Source: Carcharhinus longimanus
Lineage: Eukaryota
NCBI GenBank assembly: GCA_030264375.1
Contig: JASCQW010000190.1
Span: 36,734,400-36,798,399, forward strand
Reading direction: 5' to 3'
Length of the DNA: 64,000 nucleotides
The notes under the pieces are model-generated. The model searched no databases, was not told the DNA's origin, and was given only the letters and a program-made list of their open reading frames with translations. This document shows, piece by piece, positions 1-12,915 of the stretch. A program made the translations under genes and the position numbers. The stretch's first letter is position 1; the number at the start of each line of letters is the position of its first letter.

Positions 1-385
1 ACAGACTACTTCAGTATCTGAGAAATCATGAATGGTGTTGAAATTGTGCAGTCATCAGCAAACATTCCCATATCTGATGTTATGATGGAAGAAGGTCATT
101 GATGAAGATATGTGCCTAGCACACTAATCTGAGGAACTCCTGAAGTGAAGTCCTGGAGCTGAGATGATAGACTCCCAACCACCACACCTATTTTCCTCTG
201 TCCCAGGTATGATGCCAACCAATGGAGGATTTGTCTCTGATTCCCATTGATTCCAGTTTTGTTCAGGCTCTTTGATGTGACACTCGTCAAATGCTGCCTT
301 GATGTTGAGAACATTCACTCTGACCTCACCTCTGGAGTTGAGATCTTTTGTCCATGTTTGAACCAAGACTGTATCGAGGTCAGCA
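1..385 (-). mobile_element. CR1/L2-group (Crack/Daphne-like) LINE RT fragment
   Basis: VQTWTKDLNSRGEVRV..LNIKAAFD, WLASYLGQRK..VVVG and SGVPQISVLG. Confidence 0.85.
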
Positions 386-429
386 TTGGAAACTATACTC
401 CATGCTATGTTCCTGGAAGATCAAGGTGT

Positions 430-1250
430 AATTTTTGGTAACTGAGAGCCAAAGTCAAGAAAATGTTTGGTTGATCAGAACGATTGGAGACAGCCAGGTT
501 GGAGCCCTGTTTGCAGTGGCGGTTTTGCTGGTGACTGGACTCACACTTCGGCAGTGTTGCAGACATTGAGATGGTGACTGCCTTTGTGAGTAAAGCTGTG
601 GATGATAGCCTTGGCCCTCTGGCATAGATCAGTGGTGCTCACACTGATGAACTGCAAAATATCCAAGAGAAAATGGATGAAGCGGAGAAGAGAATCCTAT
701 CAGTGAAGGGGGCGATTTCCTCAAGGGGGGGCTTATCTTCATTCCTTGGAAATCCTATTGCATGGTGTGTCAGGCATCCTGCTTAAATCGGGCAGATGAG
801 GCCAGAGAAGGAGTGTCTGTGCGCCCGTCCCCCTAGAGGAGCTTAGGATGAATTCCCGGCTGAATTTGTCAACTGGCTGCCATGCTTTCATAATTGCAAA
901 ATGAAGGCTAGACATTTCTAGTTCGATGGGGCATATTGCATCCATTCTTCAAGGCCTGGGGTTGGTCAAAGATCCCAATTGTTGGTCTTACATTGTTGTT
1001 ACCTCAGTGTTTGTCAAGAAAGACAGAAAGTGGGCAGACATGATGTGACGAGACCTTGTCACCTGCAGGGGCCTAGGTCTCTTTCTGCCAGAACCTCTGG
1101 GTGATGACACAGAAGTGGTGGAGAGGTTTCACTGAAACTCTGGATGAATCCTGGATCATGCTCGACAATCCTGTCATGGCTTTGGCCTGTTCAAGCTCCG
1201 TGAATGGCTGTATTATCCTGCAGTTCATCATCATTCTTGAACTTTTATCC
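430..1250 (+). mobile_element. Possible degraded L1/Tx1 ORF1 fragment
   Basis: Remnant coiled-coil (LQNIQEKMDEAEKRILSV) and weak resemblance to the ORF1 RRM/CTD. Heavily decayed. Confidence 0.35.
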
Positions 1251-4169
1251 CTTATGATTGTACTCCAGGTGTTATGATGTTGTCTTTTATCCTGACAAGG
1301 ATGTATATAATATGAGCACTAAGACATATATTACCTGTTATTCTATCATCCTTTGAAAATCAGGGACATTCATTTATTTATGATGGAATTTATCATCCAG
1401 TATACTCTGGAGGTGGAACAAGGAAGACTTTAGTTTAGAGTTCAATACCGTTTGCATTCAATTTTGGTCTGGATATGCGGTACTGGGGTGAATAACGGGG
1501 TCTGCCTACCTTACTTTTGGCCCTGTGTCAAATTCTAATCCTTAGGATTCAATGTTTGCAGTGCAGAGATATTCTCTTGTTTGTGGACTGATAACGGGTC
1601 TCTTTCATTTTATCAGGGAGCGTGTTGGGTTGGTTGTATGATTAGGGTTGTGGAATATTTAGTCATATTTCTTTTTTTGTGCTATAATGCGTGCATTTAC
1701 AGTAAAGGGGTATATCTTCAGGTACTTTTTACTTTATGGATAAGATGAGTGGTGCCACAGCAGGGTGGTGGACAGGTGATATGATTTAGAGGTGATGAGT
1801 ATGGTTTTATAAATCTTCATAGCGAGTGAAGAAACTCCCGTTANNNNNNNNNNATTGCATATTTCTTTTGTACTTTTGTTATTTTGGAGTTAAAGAATCC
1901 TTGATGGAATCCTGTTAAGGTACAGATCATGTATCCTGGAAAAGTCTGGGTTTTATTGTCATCAGTGTCACCGGGGTAGTTTGAGCTAGGGGAAATATAC
2001 CAGTGCATGCCCGAGCGTGTTCAAGAAGTCTTGATTATTCTATTACCTACTTTCTTTTGATTTGATTTATGTTTGTCATATGTATTAGTACACAGCGAAA
2101 AATACTGTTTCTTGTGCATTTCACATCTACGCTTTGCCTCTTAGTAACATCATCTGAAAACACAGCACTGAGATCCACTTGTACATTAACACCCCATTCT
2201 CCCGCCACCACCACCTTTCCACTCGCCCCTCCATTGTCTTTGATTTATTAGGCTACTTATCTGATATCCAGTCTTGGATGAGCTATTTCCTCCAATTAAA
2301 TATTGGGAAAACCAAAGTCAGCACCTTCAGTCCCACTTAAAGCTCCATTCCCTAGTCACTGATTTCACCCTCTCCCAGTCTGGGGTTGACACAGACATTA
2401 TCCAAATTATTGTGCGGAGATAAAATAAGGAGTTGAATCAATGGTCTCACTGATTAATGAGTTTATCCATGAGCTTCTCACACTTACGTTGGAGATGAGG
2501 CTGTGGCTGAGTAAGGGAGAGAAGTTTAAGGAGACAATGTATAAAAGAAACCATGGCTAGCTCTGCATCATAGGATGACTCTGCGGTAGACGGCAATTGT
2601 TATTGGCAGAGAAAAATGAAGCCCCTCATCACTTAACCTGCTACTGGATCTCAATAAATGCAAGAATTGTTCAAAGCAACATAACATGTATTTACAAAGT
2701 TTGCATTTCACATAATTTATCAAGAGTTTTTATAGGAGATTGGATTTGGAATGCATAAATTCTTTTCCCTTTTAAACACAACAGAGGTGTAAAATGAACA
2801 GATGGCTCACAGAACATAGTGTCACAGAGCACAAATTGAACAGAGGTGTGAGCATATGATAACTGTAACAATTGAATTTATGAGGTGTGAAAATGTGTTC
2901 CTTAGTGCAGCTTAAGTACTGGAATGTTGATCAAAGTGAAAGTGTCCAGTGCATTAAATAGGATTTTGCTAAACGGGGCTAAACAGCTTATTCCACAATC
3001 ATGATTTTTTTATTTTGAAAAACTCATACAAGAAAACAGCATGGGTATTAATGAAAATATTGAAGCAGTACTTTTGAATGGAATGTTCTGGCAAATGGCA
3101 ATCATTGTCTCAACTACATCCCATGAATTTTAACATTCAGATATTAATGGAAATTGTTGACATTTAATCCTAACACTTTTTTTGAATTTATAAAATTGGA
3201 TGTATCTGTTTCCATAGTTCCACTGAAAATGAAAGAATCCAATTTATTGCCCCCTTGCACTTCTTTTGTTTCCATCTGGGCAAAGTAAATGCCAAGGTTT
3301 TAACTGGCAAATATTTCTGAACTGTTCAGTCCTGATTTTGTGCCATAATTTTTAAAACATTTTCCAACATCTTCGCATGCGATTTGGTATGTGTGCGGAC
3401 GGATGGAACAGTACAAACATATCTGGGACCTGATGGATATACTGATTGCCCAACAGGTAAACTAACCAATTAATGCATGAGTGACAAGGCCACTAATGTA
3501 CTTTGATAAATGTTGGAATAATAGTATGGATAACAGGCCCCCGATTGAAATACTTGAAAAATTAAATTAAAATGAGATGATATGTGCATGAAATGAAAGG
3601 TGTAAGCACTTAGTGATACCTCTGGATAAATTATTTTCCACATCATCACTCCCTTACTCTGACCGAGATAACAAATTAGTGCGATGATGCAGTTTTGTGC
3701 TGCAGAATTGTGTGGATCAAAATTTTGACTGAGATTGCCTATGTTAACACAAAGAGAGACAGCAGAAAGAAGGGATTTTTGCCCCATCAGTTTTGACTGA
3801 ATTTAAACCCATTCACATTGGTGAAGAAAGAAAGCTTGTATTAACCCACCAATCTATTTTGAATCACTTCTCGAGTCTTTAACTTGATAGGTATTTTATA
3901 TTGTGTGTGGTGCAATTGCTATTTGGATTTATTTTCATGCATCAACATTTTTCTTTGTCCACAAGAACTAATGAATAAATATAGTTCTTATAGATGTAGG
4001 AGTGAAATATGCATCCGGATATTGGCAAAGCTTAATTTTTTGGTCTTTAAACTTCAACTGTAGCGTACAATGGAAATATATAGCAAGAATCTCCAAATGC
4101 ATTCCTGTTTTCACATGGCCAAGATTTTATCATCAGTCTCATAATTTTGACTGCTACCAGTAGGTTCGC

Positions 4170-4990
4170 CGCATTTCTTAAATTCGTCATTCATAGGATA
4201 TGGACACAGCTGACAATGCCAGCACTTATTGCTCATTCTGAATTCTCCATGAGAAGGTCCTGTGAACTGAATTGCTGCAGCCCATGTGGTGAATGTACCT
4301 CAACAATGATATATTTAGGTATGATTTTGACTGAGCACCAGTGAAAGAATAGTGATATATTTCCAAATCAGCCCAGTGTGAATTGGAAGGGAAGTTGGAG
4401 GCGATGGCATCCCATATGTTTTCTGTCCTTATCCATCTCGGTAGTAGAAGTTGCAGGTTTGGGAGGTGCTGTTGGCAAAATAATGGTGTGTTTCTATAGT
4501 GCATCTTGTAGTTTGTACACACTGCAGTCATACAGTGTATGTGGTAGTGGAGGAAGTGAACATTTAGTATAATATAGTGTACAGGATGTCACTCAGATGG
4601 ATTGCTTTGCCCAGGGTGGTGTCAAGCTTCTTGATGCTGTTGAAGCTGCACTCATCCAGGCAAGTGGAGACTATTCCATCAGATTCCTGAGTTGCACCCT
4701 ATGGATGGTAGAAAAGCTTTGGAGAATCAAAAAGTGAGTCATCAACCACAAAATATCTAACCACTGACCTATTCTTGTAGCTATTGAGACTTATGCAATT
4801 GATCCAGTTATGTTCCGGTCAATGGTGGACCTGAAAATGTTGGTACTGGANNNNNNNNNNAATGTTTAAAGTCAAGGTGGTTAGATTCTTTCTTGTTGGG
4901 GACTGTCACTGCCTGGCAGTTTTGTGGTACAATGTTACTTGTCACTTATTAGAACAAGCCTCATTGTCGAGGTCTTGCTTATGCAGCCAC
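4170..4990 (-). mobile_element. 3' part of the same CR1/L2-group LINE family
   Basis: Shares gcactcatccaggcaagtgga and the 3' tail with the copies at 36430-37190 and 12296-12915. Confidence 0.75.
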
Positions 4991-5039
4991 GGGTGGCATC
5001 CATATCCTTGGTATTGCCAAATTTTATCAGATTTGTTAC

Positions 5040-6130
5040 TGAACTCAGAGGGAAGAGAGCAAAATGAATACCATGGAGCTTGAAATCACTGAGGATGAGA
5101 AGCTGTTTGGTGCAGAGGGTGAGGAAGGAAATCAGCAAAGAAACCTTGATGAAGTTTTTATTGTACTAAATGCACAGTAGAGAATGAAGATTTCGAGAGA
5201 TATGGAACAAGATGAGATTCTCAAAGGAAGAGTAAGTACCAGAAGAGTCAATGTCAGGGCCAAGTTGTGATGCATCATACCCTCATGAAATTGCTTCAAG
5301 AGTTTGTCTGGGCAATACGCGAGGTCCAACTGTCTTCATCTGTCTCATTCATATTTTTTCCTTCAGCATATGGCAGAAGAGAAAATGTTCACCATTAACT
5401 GCACAGTTTTCAGTTCCATTTCCAACTCTTTCACATTAGACAGGATCAGAATAACATTAATAACTTTGACATTGTCCTGTGTTGGATTCACTCCAATTGC
5501 TGTCACTAGAATAACAATCCTGGATGCAGCAAATGGGCATGAATCCTTTTCAGCTTCAAATTCTGTTGTATGAGTCAAGAGAGCACCACAGATAACCAGT
5601 GATCATGTTCTACATTGTCCCTTCCATAGACAACAATATTGTCAAGTAGCTTAAGCATCGCATCAACACCTGACAAAACTGAAGAAACAATTTCCTGGAA
5701 TTTGCCAAGTGCAGAGTTAGTTCATGGGGCATTCTGCAGTATTAAAACACACCTTCACGAGGAACAAAAGCAATACAATATCCGCTTTGCTCCACTAATG
5801 GTATCTGAAGATAGCTCCATTCCATGTTGAACATGATAAAGACTGTGGAGTCATGAAATTATACTGATAGTTCTTGGAATGTAGGAGGTGGATACTTGTC
5901 TGGAATGAATACTTTGTTAATTGCTTTATGGTTAACGCATATTCTAAGTTTACCATTTTTATGTTGTGCAATGATTAGGCTCAATATCAAAGGTGATGAG
6001 TCAATTTGTTCAATTATATCATCTGCTTCAACCAACTTCAGCTCCTCTGGCTCTTCATCATTAATTGCAAACAAAAACCATCTCAATTTTTTTGAAACTG
6101 GCAGAATTTGACATGCTGACATGAGAATCA
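5040..6130 (-). mobile_element. Degraded Gypsy/Ty3 LTR-retrotransposon pol fragment (RT and downstream)
   Basis: IIEQIDSSPLILSLIIAQHKNGKLRICVNHKAINKVFIPDKYPPPTFQEL corresponds to the Gypsy RT motif GxLRxCVDYRxLNxxxxxDxYPLP. A YLDNIVVY-like motif is near 5625-5650. Confidence 0.8.
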
Positions 6131-6289
6131 AAGCAGTTCTCTGAATTTTCCCACATCCGGTAAATAAGAAAGAGTATCTTTACATATAGTCTGTATTATT
6201 GATCACGTGCTCCTGTGCGGTCTTCAAGTTTAAAGCCAAGTTTATTTAACAAGGTTTACCTCCTGCCGGCATTTGCTAAAATTTTTATT

Positions 6290-7145
6290 CACTTTTACAT
6301 GTACTTTGATGACTCCCAACTCTATTTCCTTCACTGTTTCTCAATTGTCAGACTGCTTATCTGACATCCAGCACTGAATGAGCAGAAATTTCCACCAATT
6401 AAGTATTGGGAAGACTGAAGCTTTTGTTTTTGGTCCCCACTCGAAAGTCCATCCCTCTCCTTGGTAACTGAGACTAAACCAGACTGATGGCATCATATTT
6501 GATTTCCAAACACATAATCCAGACTGTCACAATAAAGGCCACCTATTTCCACTTCTGCAACATTGCCCAATTTCCCTCTTGCCTCATCTTGTCTGCTGCT
6601 AAAACCCTCATTTATCCCTTTTCTACATTGAGACTTGAATATTTCAATACAGTCATGGCTGGTCTCCCATATTCTACTCTCCATAAGCTAGAGATCATCC
6701 AAAACTCTGTGGTCCATGTCTTCTCTTTGTCTAAGGTCCCAATCACCAATCATCCTGTGCTTTCTGATCTATTATGATAATGCTGTGGTTTTAAAATTCT
6801 CATCTTCATTTTCAAATCCCTCCAATGGTCTCCCCTCTTTGTAATCTTCTCCAGTCCCACAACTTTCCAAAATATTTGCACTCTAATTTTGGCTTCCTGA
6901 GCATCCTGGATTTTAATTGTACCACCATTAGTGTCTATGCTTTCAAGCTGTCTCAGTTCCAAGTGATGGAATTGTTCCTTTAAAACTCTCTGACTCTCCA
7001 CCTCTTGTTCTTCCTGTTTCACCAAACTTTTAGCCATTGTTTCATGTGGTTTGGTGTCTAATTTTGGTTTGCAAAATTTTGTGAAATGGCTTGAGGCTCT
7101 CATTACATTAAAGATGCTATATAAATATACATTGTTGCTATTGTT
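6290..7145 (+). mobile_element. L2 LINE 3' fragment
   Basis: DDSQLY, LSIGKTEA and TAYFHxxNIA...LIxxFxTxRLEYxNxxxAGLP...PVLSDL motifs. It ends in an L2-type tail gatgctatataaata..ttgttg. Confidence 0.85.
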
Positions 7146-7244
7146 GGGGTGATTTGACTTTCAAAAATGCACAACAATCCTCCCTTGTTCCAGCTATGAA
7201 TCCAGCCAGTGAAATACTTTCACGCAAGAGGTCATGATTGTAGC

Positions 7245-7647
7245 CCAATCCATCACATAAACCAGACTCGCACCCATTGACTCTGTCTACACTTCCTGCT
7301 GCCTTGGAAAAGCAGCCAGCATAATTAAGGACCCCATACACTCCAGACATATTCTTTTCCATCTTATTCCGTAAGGAAAAAGATACAAAAGTCTGCAGTC
7401 ACGTACCAACTAACTCAAGAACATCTTCTTCCCTGCTGCCATCAGACTTTTGAATGGACCTATCTCACACTGAGTTGATCTTTCACTACACCTTAGCACT
7501 AACTGTAATACTATATTCTGCACTCTCTCATTTCCTCCTTTATGAATGGTACGCTTTGTCTGTATAGCANNNNNNNNNNCATGTAAGAAACAATGCTTTT
7601 CACTGTATGCTAATACATGTGACAATTAAAATAAAATAAAATCAATC
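7245..7647 (+). mobile_element. Rex1/Babar-like LINE 3' end
   Basis: KAASIIKDPxHxxHxLFxxxPxGxRYxSL..TNxLKNxFFPAAIRLLN-type end followed by an (aaaat)n tail. Same family as 26637-27000 and 49605-49930. Confidence 0.75.
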
Positions 7648-7669
7648 ACTGTATTTAATTTTACAAAGA

Positions 7670-8250
7670 CTTCTAATTGTATTTGGTCAAATGCTGTTTT
7701 GATGTTAAGGGCAGTCACTCTCTTCTCACTGCTGATTTTCAGTTTTTCTTTGTCCAAAATTTGGATCAACATTGTAATTAAGTCAAGAGGCAAGCAGAAT
7801 CCAAAATAAGCATCAGTGAGCAGATTACTGCTGAACATGTGCTGCTTGATAGCGCTACCAATTACCTCTTCCATCACATCACTAATGATTTAGAATAGAC
7901 CAGTTGAGGGAGTTGTTTGGCCAGATTAGATTTGCCATTCTTTTTGTATACAACACATACATGGACAATACTTCTCTTCATCGGGTAGACGCCTGCATTG
8001 TAGCTGCACTGGAGCCACTTGGCTAGGAGCATGGTTAGTTCTGGAGCAATAGAATTGAAATGTCAAGATCCACAACCTTTGTTGCATTCAATCCCCACTC
8101 AGCCATTTCTTGGTGCCATTTAGAGTGAATCAAACTAGCTGAACACAACTTCTATGATGGCGGAGGTCTCAAGGGCAGACCGAGCTGGATCATCAACTTG
8201 GTATTTCTGGTTGAAGATGGTTGCAAATGCTTTAACTTTGACTTTTGCAC
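7670..8250 (-). mobile_element. CR1/L2-group LINE RT fragment
   Basis: SAIKQHMFSSNLLTDAYFGF...VTALNIKTAFD. Confidence 0.8.
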
Positions 8251-8905
8251 TCAATACCACAACCACTGTGAGCTTGTACAGTCAGTGCATTGCATTAATC
8301 CCATATATGAAACCAAAATAGTTCTGCATAAATTGTAAGCCATGAGCAATAGCTCAGTTTCAACAGTATAATCCAACATACAAATGGTGGTTACCTGTCG
8401 CATTATTCTGGCTATAAAGCCTTCAAAGTATGGCCAACCTACATTTTTTGCTGTCAGTTTGAATGCATCATTTGTTCCCATTTCCAAAGGGCATTTTTGC
8501 AAAAATAAAATACTGTTTGGCCAAATCCATGACAAGTAAACAATGCACAGACTCTGAAATAATCAAAAAATGTAGTGGCTCAGAAATTACTATTGCAATC
8601 AGTAGATTGTTTCTCAGTCAGCAATCTGGCCAAGGAAGGTTTTATTTTTGCTAGAACGCCTTTTGAAAATGGGAATGGTGCAATTAAGTTGACACTACTT
8701 TTGAGTTCACTGTACTATGGCAGAATACTCAGCTAATATGCAAGTGAACTCTATTTCATTTCTGTCAAACTGTCTAAGGCGAATATAGCATGCACAGTTA
8801 CTGTTTCACCAAATTTCCCACACAGCCTGAAGATCTTCCAGATGAATAATAGTTATATCTATGATGTTCTGATGTTGAACACACTAGATGACAAGATGAG
8901 TCATT

Positions 8906-9085
8906 GGTTGGGATTTTCTGCTTGCTTCCTGCCCCTTCTCCAGTGGACTTTCCTGTGGTGGATGCCAAAGTCTACAGGCTTTTGTTTGGCTCACCCACCC
9001 CACTGCCAGAGAACACACCATGGTGGGGGTTGATTTTGGTGGAAACAGAAGAACCTGCTAGCGGGAAGGGCTGGAAAATCCCACC
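8906..9085. mobile_element. MITE with TIRs and 3-bp TSD ATT
   Basis: GGTTGGGATTTTC ... GAAAATCCCACC, flanked by att on both sides. Confidence 0.7.
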
Positions 9086-12000
9086 ATTGTTTAGCAATGT
9101 AACAGAAAAAGGCAAACATTTACTTCAGCTAACTGACAGGAAAATGAATAATTCAGCAATAAAAGAATGTAGGTAGACTTTCAGAAAAGAAAATGTTTTT
9201 ACAAGATTTACCATGCTCAAAATCAGGCACTTTTATAAGGATACACTAAACATGAATTTCTGCTTGCTGGTAATCAGAATCAAGATAAAAATTGCTGAAG
9301 GAACACAGAAAATAGAGAGTTACAAGTGTTCCCGAAATTCTAACTTCTATTTAAAATTCCATCACGTTGCAGCTGGACATCTGTGAAACAGTTTTGCCAT
9401 GGAATTTGCAAGGACTTGAATGCAAACTATAACACCCAACAAAGTAGGTTTCTGGATCTCTATCTAAATAAAAAGAATGAATAGCAGAATAAAAGACAAT
9501 TTCCTTCCAATAGCAAGAATTGAAGCCAAATCTAAAGACAGCTGAACATAACCTTAACACAACTGAGCCTTGGGAGAATGCTCATCCAGGGTTGTTACAG
9601 GACATAAAGACGCATAGATTGAAGGAAGAATAGAATTATCTCACCAAAGAAAAAATAAGTTCATTTTCTCATGGATGTGTAAGAATGCAGGCAAATCATG
9701 AAAGTCTCTGAGACTGCTTAGTTCTAATTCCTGAATCTTCTTTGAGCCCCAAGCTATATTACAAGAGTGTAACATTTGTACCTGATGAGTGCATAATGAA
9801 AAGCTTTGACACANNNNNNNNNNCACATGCATTTTTTTCAATAATACTCAAGTTCTGTACCATCAAACACCTATTACCATTTGTAAAGTTTGAGTAACCA
9901 TTTGAGACCATGTAGTAATAAAACAATTTCTGGTTCAAAGATATACCTGACTGTTTTAAGCATTTACAATTTAAAGAAAATATTATATTAAATAAAAGAG
10001 ATGTGACATATTTTGAATGTTGAAATTATGCTCAACAGCTGAAGGATCCATGAGGAGAGGAAAGGTTAACCTGGAAAAAGAGGTTCTACACTTACAATTT
10101 TTGTTCAAATTATGCAAAACCATTGGTTGTTTAAGGCCCAGAAATTAAATAGTTCAGATGCTAGGCAGATGCCAAAGATCAACAAAATAATTTTGTGGCT
10201 GAGAGAATGAGCAGTTTGGCATATTACAGAAATTAAATTCCATCATCAAATTTTTGGTGCAATCATTTTGCAACTCATTTTCCAGCATAGCAACCTGAGG
10301 TTCCATTTGAGACAAGAGATCATTTTCCAAGGTTGCAAGTAACAAACTACGGCCATAACTAACAAAGGATTAAGAGACTATTGATAGCTCATGACAACCT
10401 GCTTCCTGAGAAATATTGGTTGGTCAAGTTGCTTCAATCACTAAATCATATGAGTATTTATCAAGTTAATTTGCTGCTTTTTGTGCATTCATTTAGTAAA
10501 GTACCAGGGTTACTTAATTAATGCCTTTTGTAGCAAGTGCATGTGATAATCAGACTTTGTTCTGAGGAAACTAAATGGAGAAAGGTCAATAAAACCAATA
10601 CAATGAATACAAGGATTCCTTACAATAAAATGTTAACTCAATCCCAATACTGGGTCTATAACATGATAATAATTTCCATTCTTTATGTGATATGTACTGT
10701 GATGTCAAAATTAGTCATTGTTGGACTCACTGAAGTGGCCAACAAAAGCAAAGCATCCAACAGTAAGTACATCATGCACCCAATATTGCATTCATTTTTA
10801 TTCAGTATGTCAGTACTTAAAAATATTGATCTGCATCTGGTTTTATCAGTGGCTATATACATAACAAAATCCAGGTACAACCAAGGTCATCCCAGAACGT
10901 GCTCAAGATAATAGACAAACAGAAAAACCAATAATGACTCGACAATACATCTCTTCAAAATATTTGTTTTGTGTCTGTTGAATGAGCACTTGTCGATAAG
11001 GTAGCTTTAATGGATTTTTTGATAATTTATTGAAAATATTTTTAAAATTCTAAGTCTAATATTAAACATGCAAAGGATATTTTAAAGTTAATGGTAAACA
11101 GCCACAAAAATAATTTTGCCTTATTTAATCCATTCTCTGCAATTTTGGTTGTGGGCAGCTGTGTTTTCAAAACTAGAAAGAATACCAATCTTATAACAAA
11201 GTAATACATTCAGAGACAAAGTGGAAGCCTTCATCCAACAATTTAATGTCTACCCATTTCAGTGAGCACCTGTTGAGGAAAACCTTTATTAAAAGCACTG
11301 CATTCTTGTAATAAAGATCTGTGTGAATTAATTTTGATTGCTCCACAAAACTCTTGCTCTGCATTACAAATTAGGGCCTCTGATGTGGCCTGAAAATATC
11401 AGGGGAGAAGCGAGTCTGAATGAAGATTTGCTTCGACTGCAGTAATATAATCTGTGCAGTGACATTAAAATACAGCACTGGTCACACTGGTCCAGATCTC
11501 CCTGCTGTAGCAGATTGCATTGACTTAAATTACCAGGTGTTTTTTGTCCAGAACAGAGAAATTATCTCGGCTAAAAATCTCAAAAAAAAATGAAAGGAGT
11601 GTCTTGTTAAAGAAGGGAACATGATATTTTACATTTGGAATGAATTGATGGGTTCTATTTTCCCTGCCTACTTTTTTCGCTATTGCTTAATTTGAGCACA
11701 TTACTAAATATGTTGTAAACCAAACAGTGCTTACTGTTACGTTTCACAACAGTCATTAATATTTTACAGGTAGAGAAGGTAAATTATTTTAATGGCCCAA
11801 ACACAGTTAATCCATTGCCATCATACTTCCTTTTTATGTGTTAATTCTAACTGCTTGGTTCCTGAAAATCTTGGAGACAAATAATAATTAGAAGAGGGTA
11901 ATAGCTTAGAAATCTGATGCTTATGAATTGGACAATTATTTTAAAAATACACACTTGGAAATCACTTTGAAAACATTTGTAAAAGGATTACTCTTCTTAA

Positions 12001-12295
12001 TGGTATTTCACCTTTGTAATTCTTTTCTGCCAGTGAAAAACAACGCATTATTGGGTTTAATTTATAAAATTAAATTACCTCGATTAACAGATGCAGCAAC
12101 CGAAAAATAAGTAGGCTAATGAGAAACAGCACAAGTGTAATTCCATGCATATGCAAAGCGCTTAGAAAATCTGAATTTTCATATTTGGACTAAAGCCTTC
12201 ATATTGCTGTAAGGAAATAAAATGGCACAACTAATTTAACTCACACAAAACAATCTTTGAACACAAATTAAATTCTGATGCAAATATTGCTAATA

Positions 12296-12915
12296 TCACT
12301 CCCCGAGATATCAAGAAACGGCTGAAGACACCGGATACTGCAAAGGCAATGAGCCCTGACAATATTCCAGCAATTGTCCTGAAAAGTTGTGTTCCAGAAC
12401 TTGTCATGCCCCTAGCCAAGATGTTCCAGTACAGCTACAACACTGGCATGTACTCGGCAATGTGGAAAATTGCCCAGGTATATCCTGTACATAAGAAACA
12501 GGACAAATCCGTCCTAGCCAATTACGCACCATCAGTCTACTCTCAATTTATCAACAAGGGGATGGAAGGGGTCATCAACCATGCTATCAAGTGGCACTTA
12601 CTCAGCAATAATCTGCTCATGGATGCTCAGTTTGGTTCTGCCAGAGCAGCAGATACCTTGGAACACCACCACCTGAAAGTTCCCCTCCAAGTCACACATC
12701 ATCCTGACTTGGAAATATAACACCATTCCTTCACTGTTGCTGGGTCAAAATCCTGGAACTCTCTCCCTAACAGCACCTAATAGATGTAGCTACACCTCAA
12801 GCAATTGCAGCAGTTCAAGGAGGCAACTCACCACAACCTTCTCAAGGGCAACTAGGGATGAACAACAAATAGTGGCCTAGCCAGCAACACCCACATCTTG
12901 TAAATTTAAAAAAAA
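12296..12915 (+). mobile_element. CR1/L2-group LINE with an internal deletion joining the RT N-region to the 3' tail
   Basis: PDNIPAIVLKSCVPELVMPLAKMFQYSYNTGMY..WKIAQVYPVHKK...AQFG, then a jump at about 12640 to the 3' tail, ending in an A-run. Confidence 0.88.
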
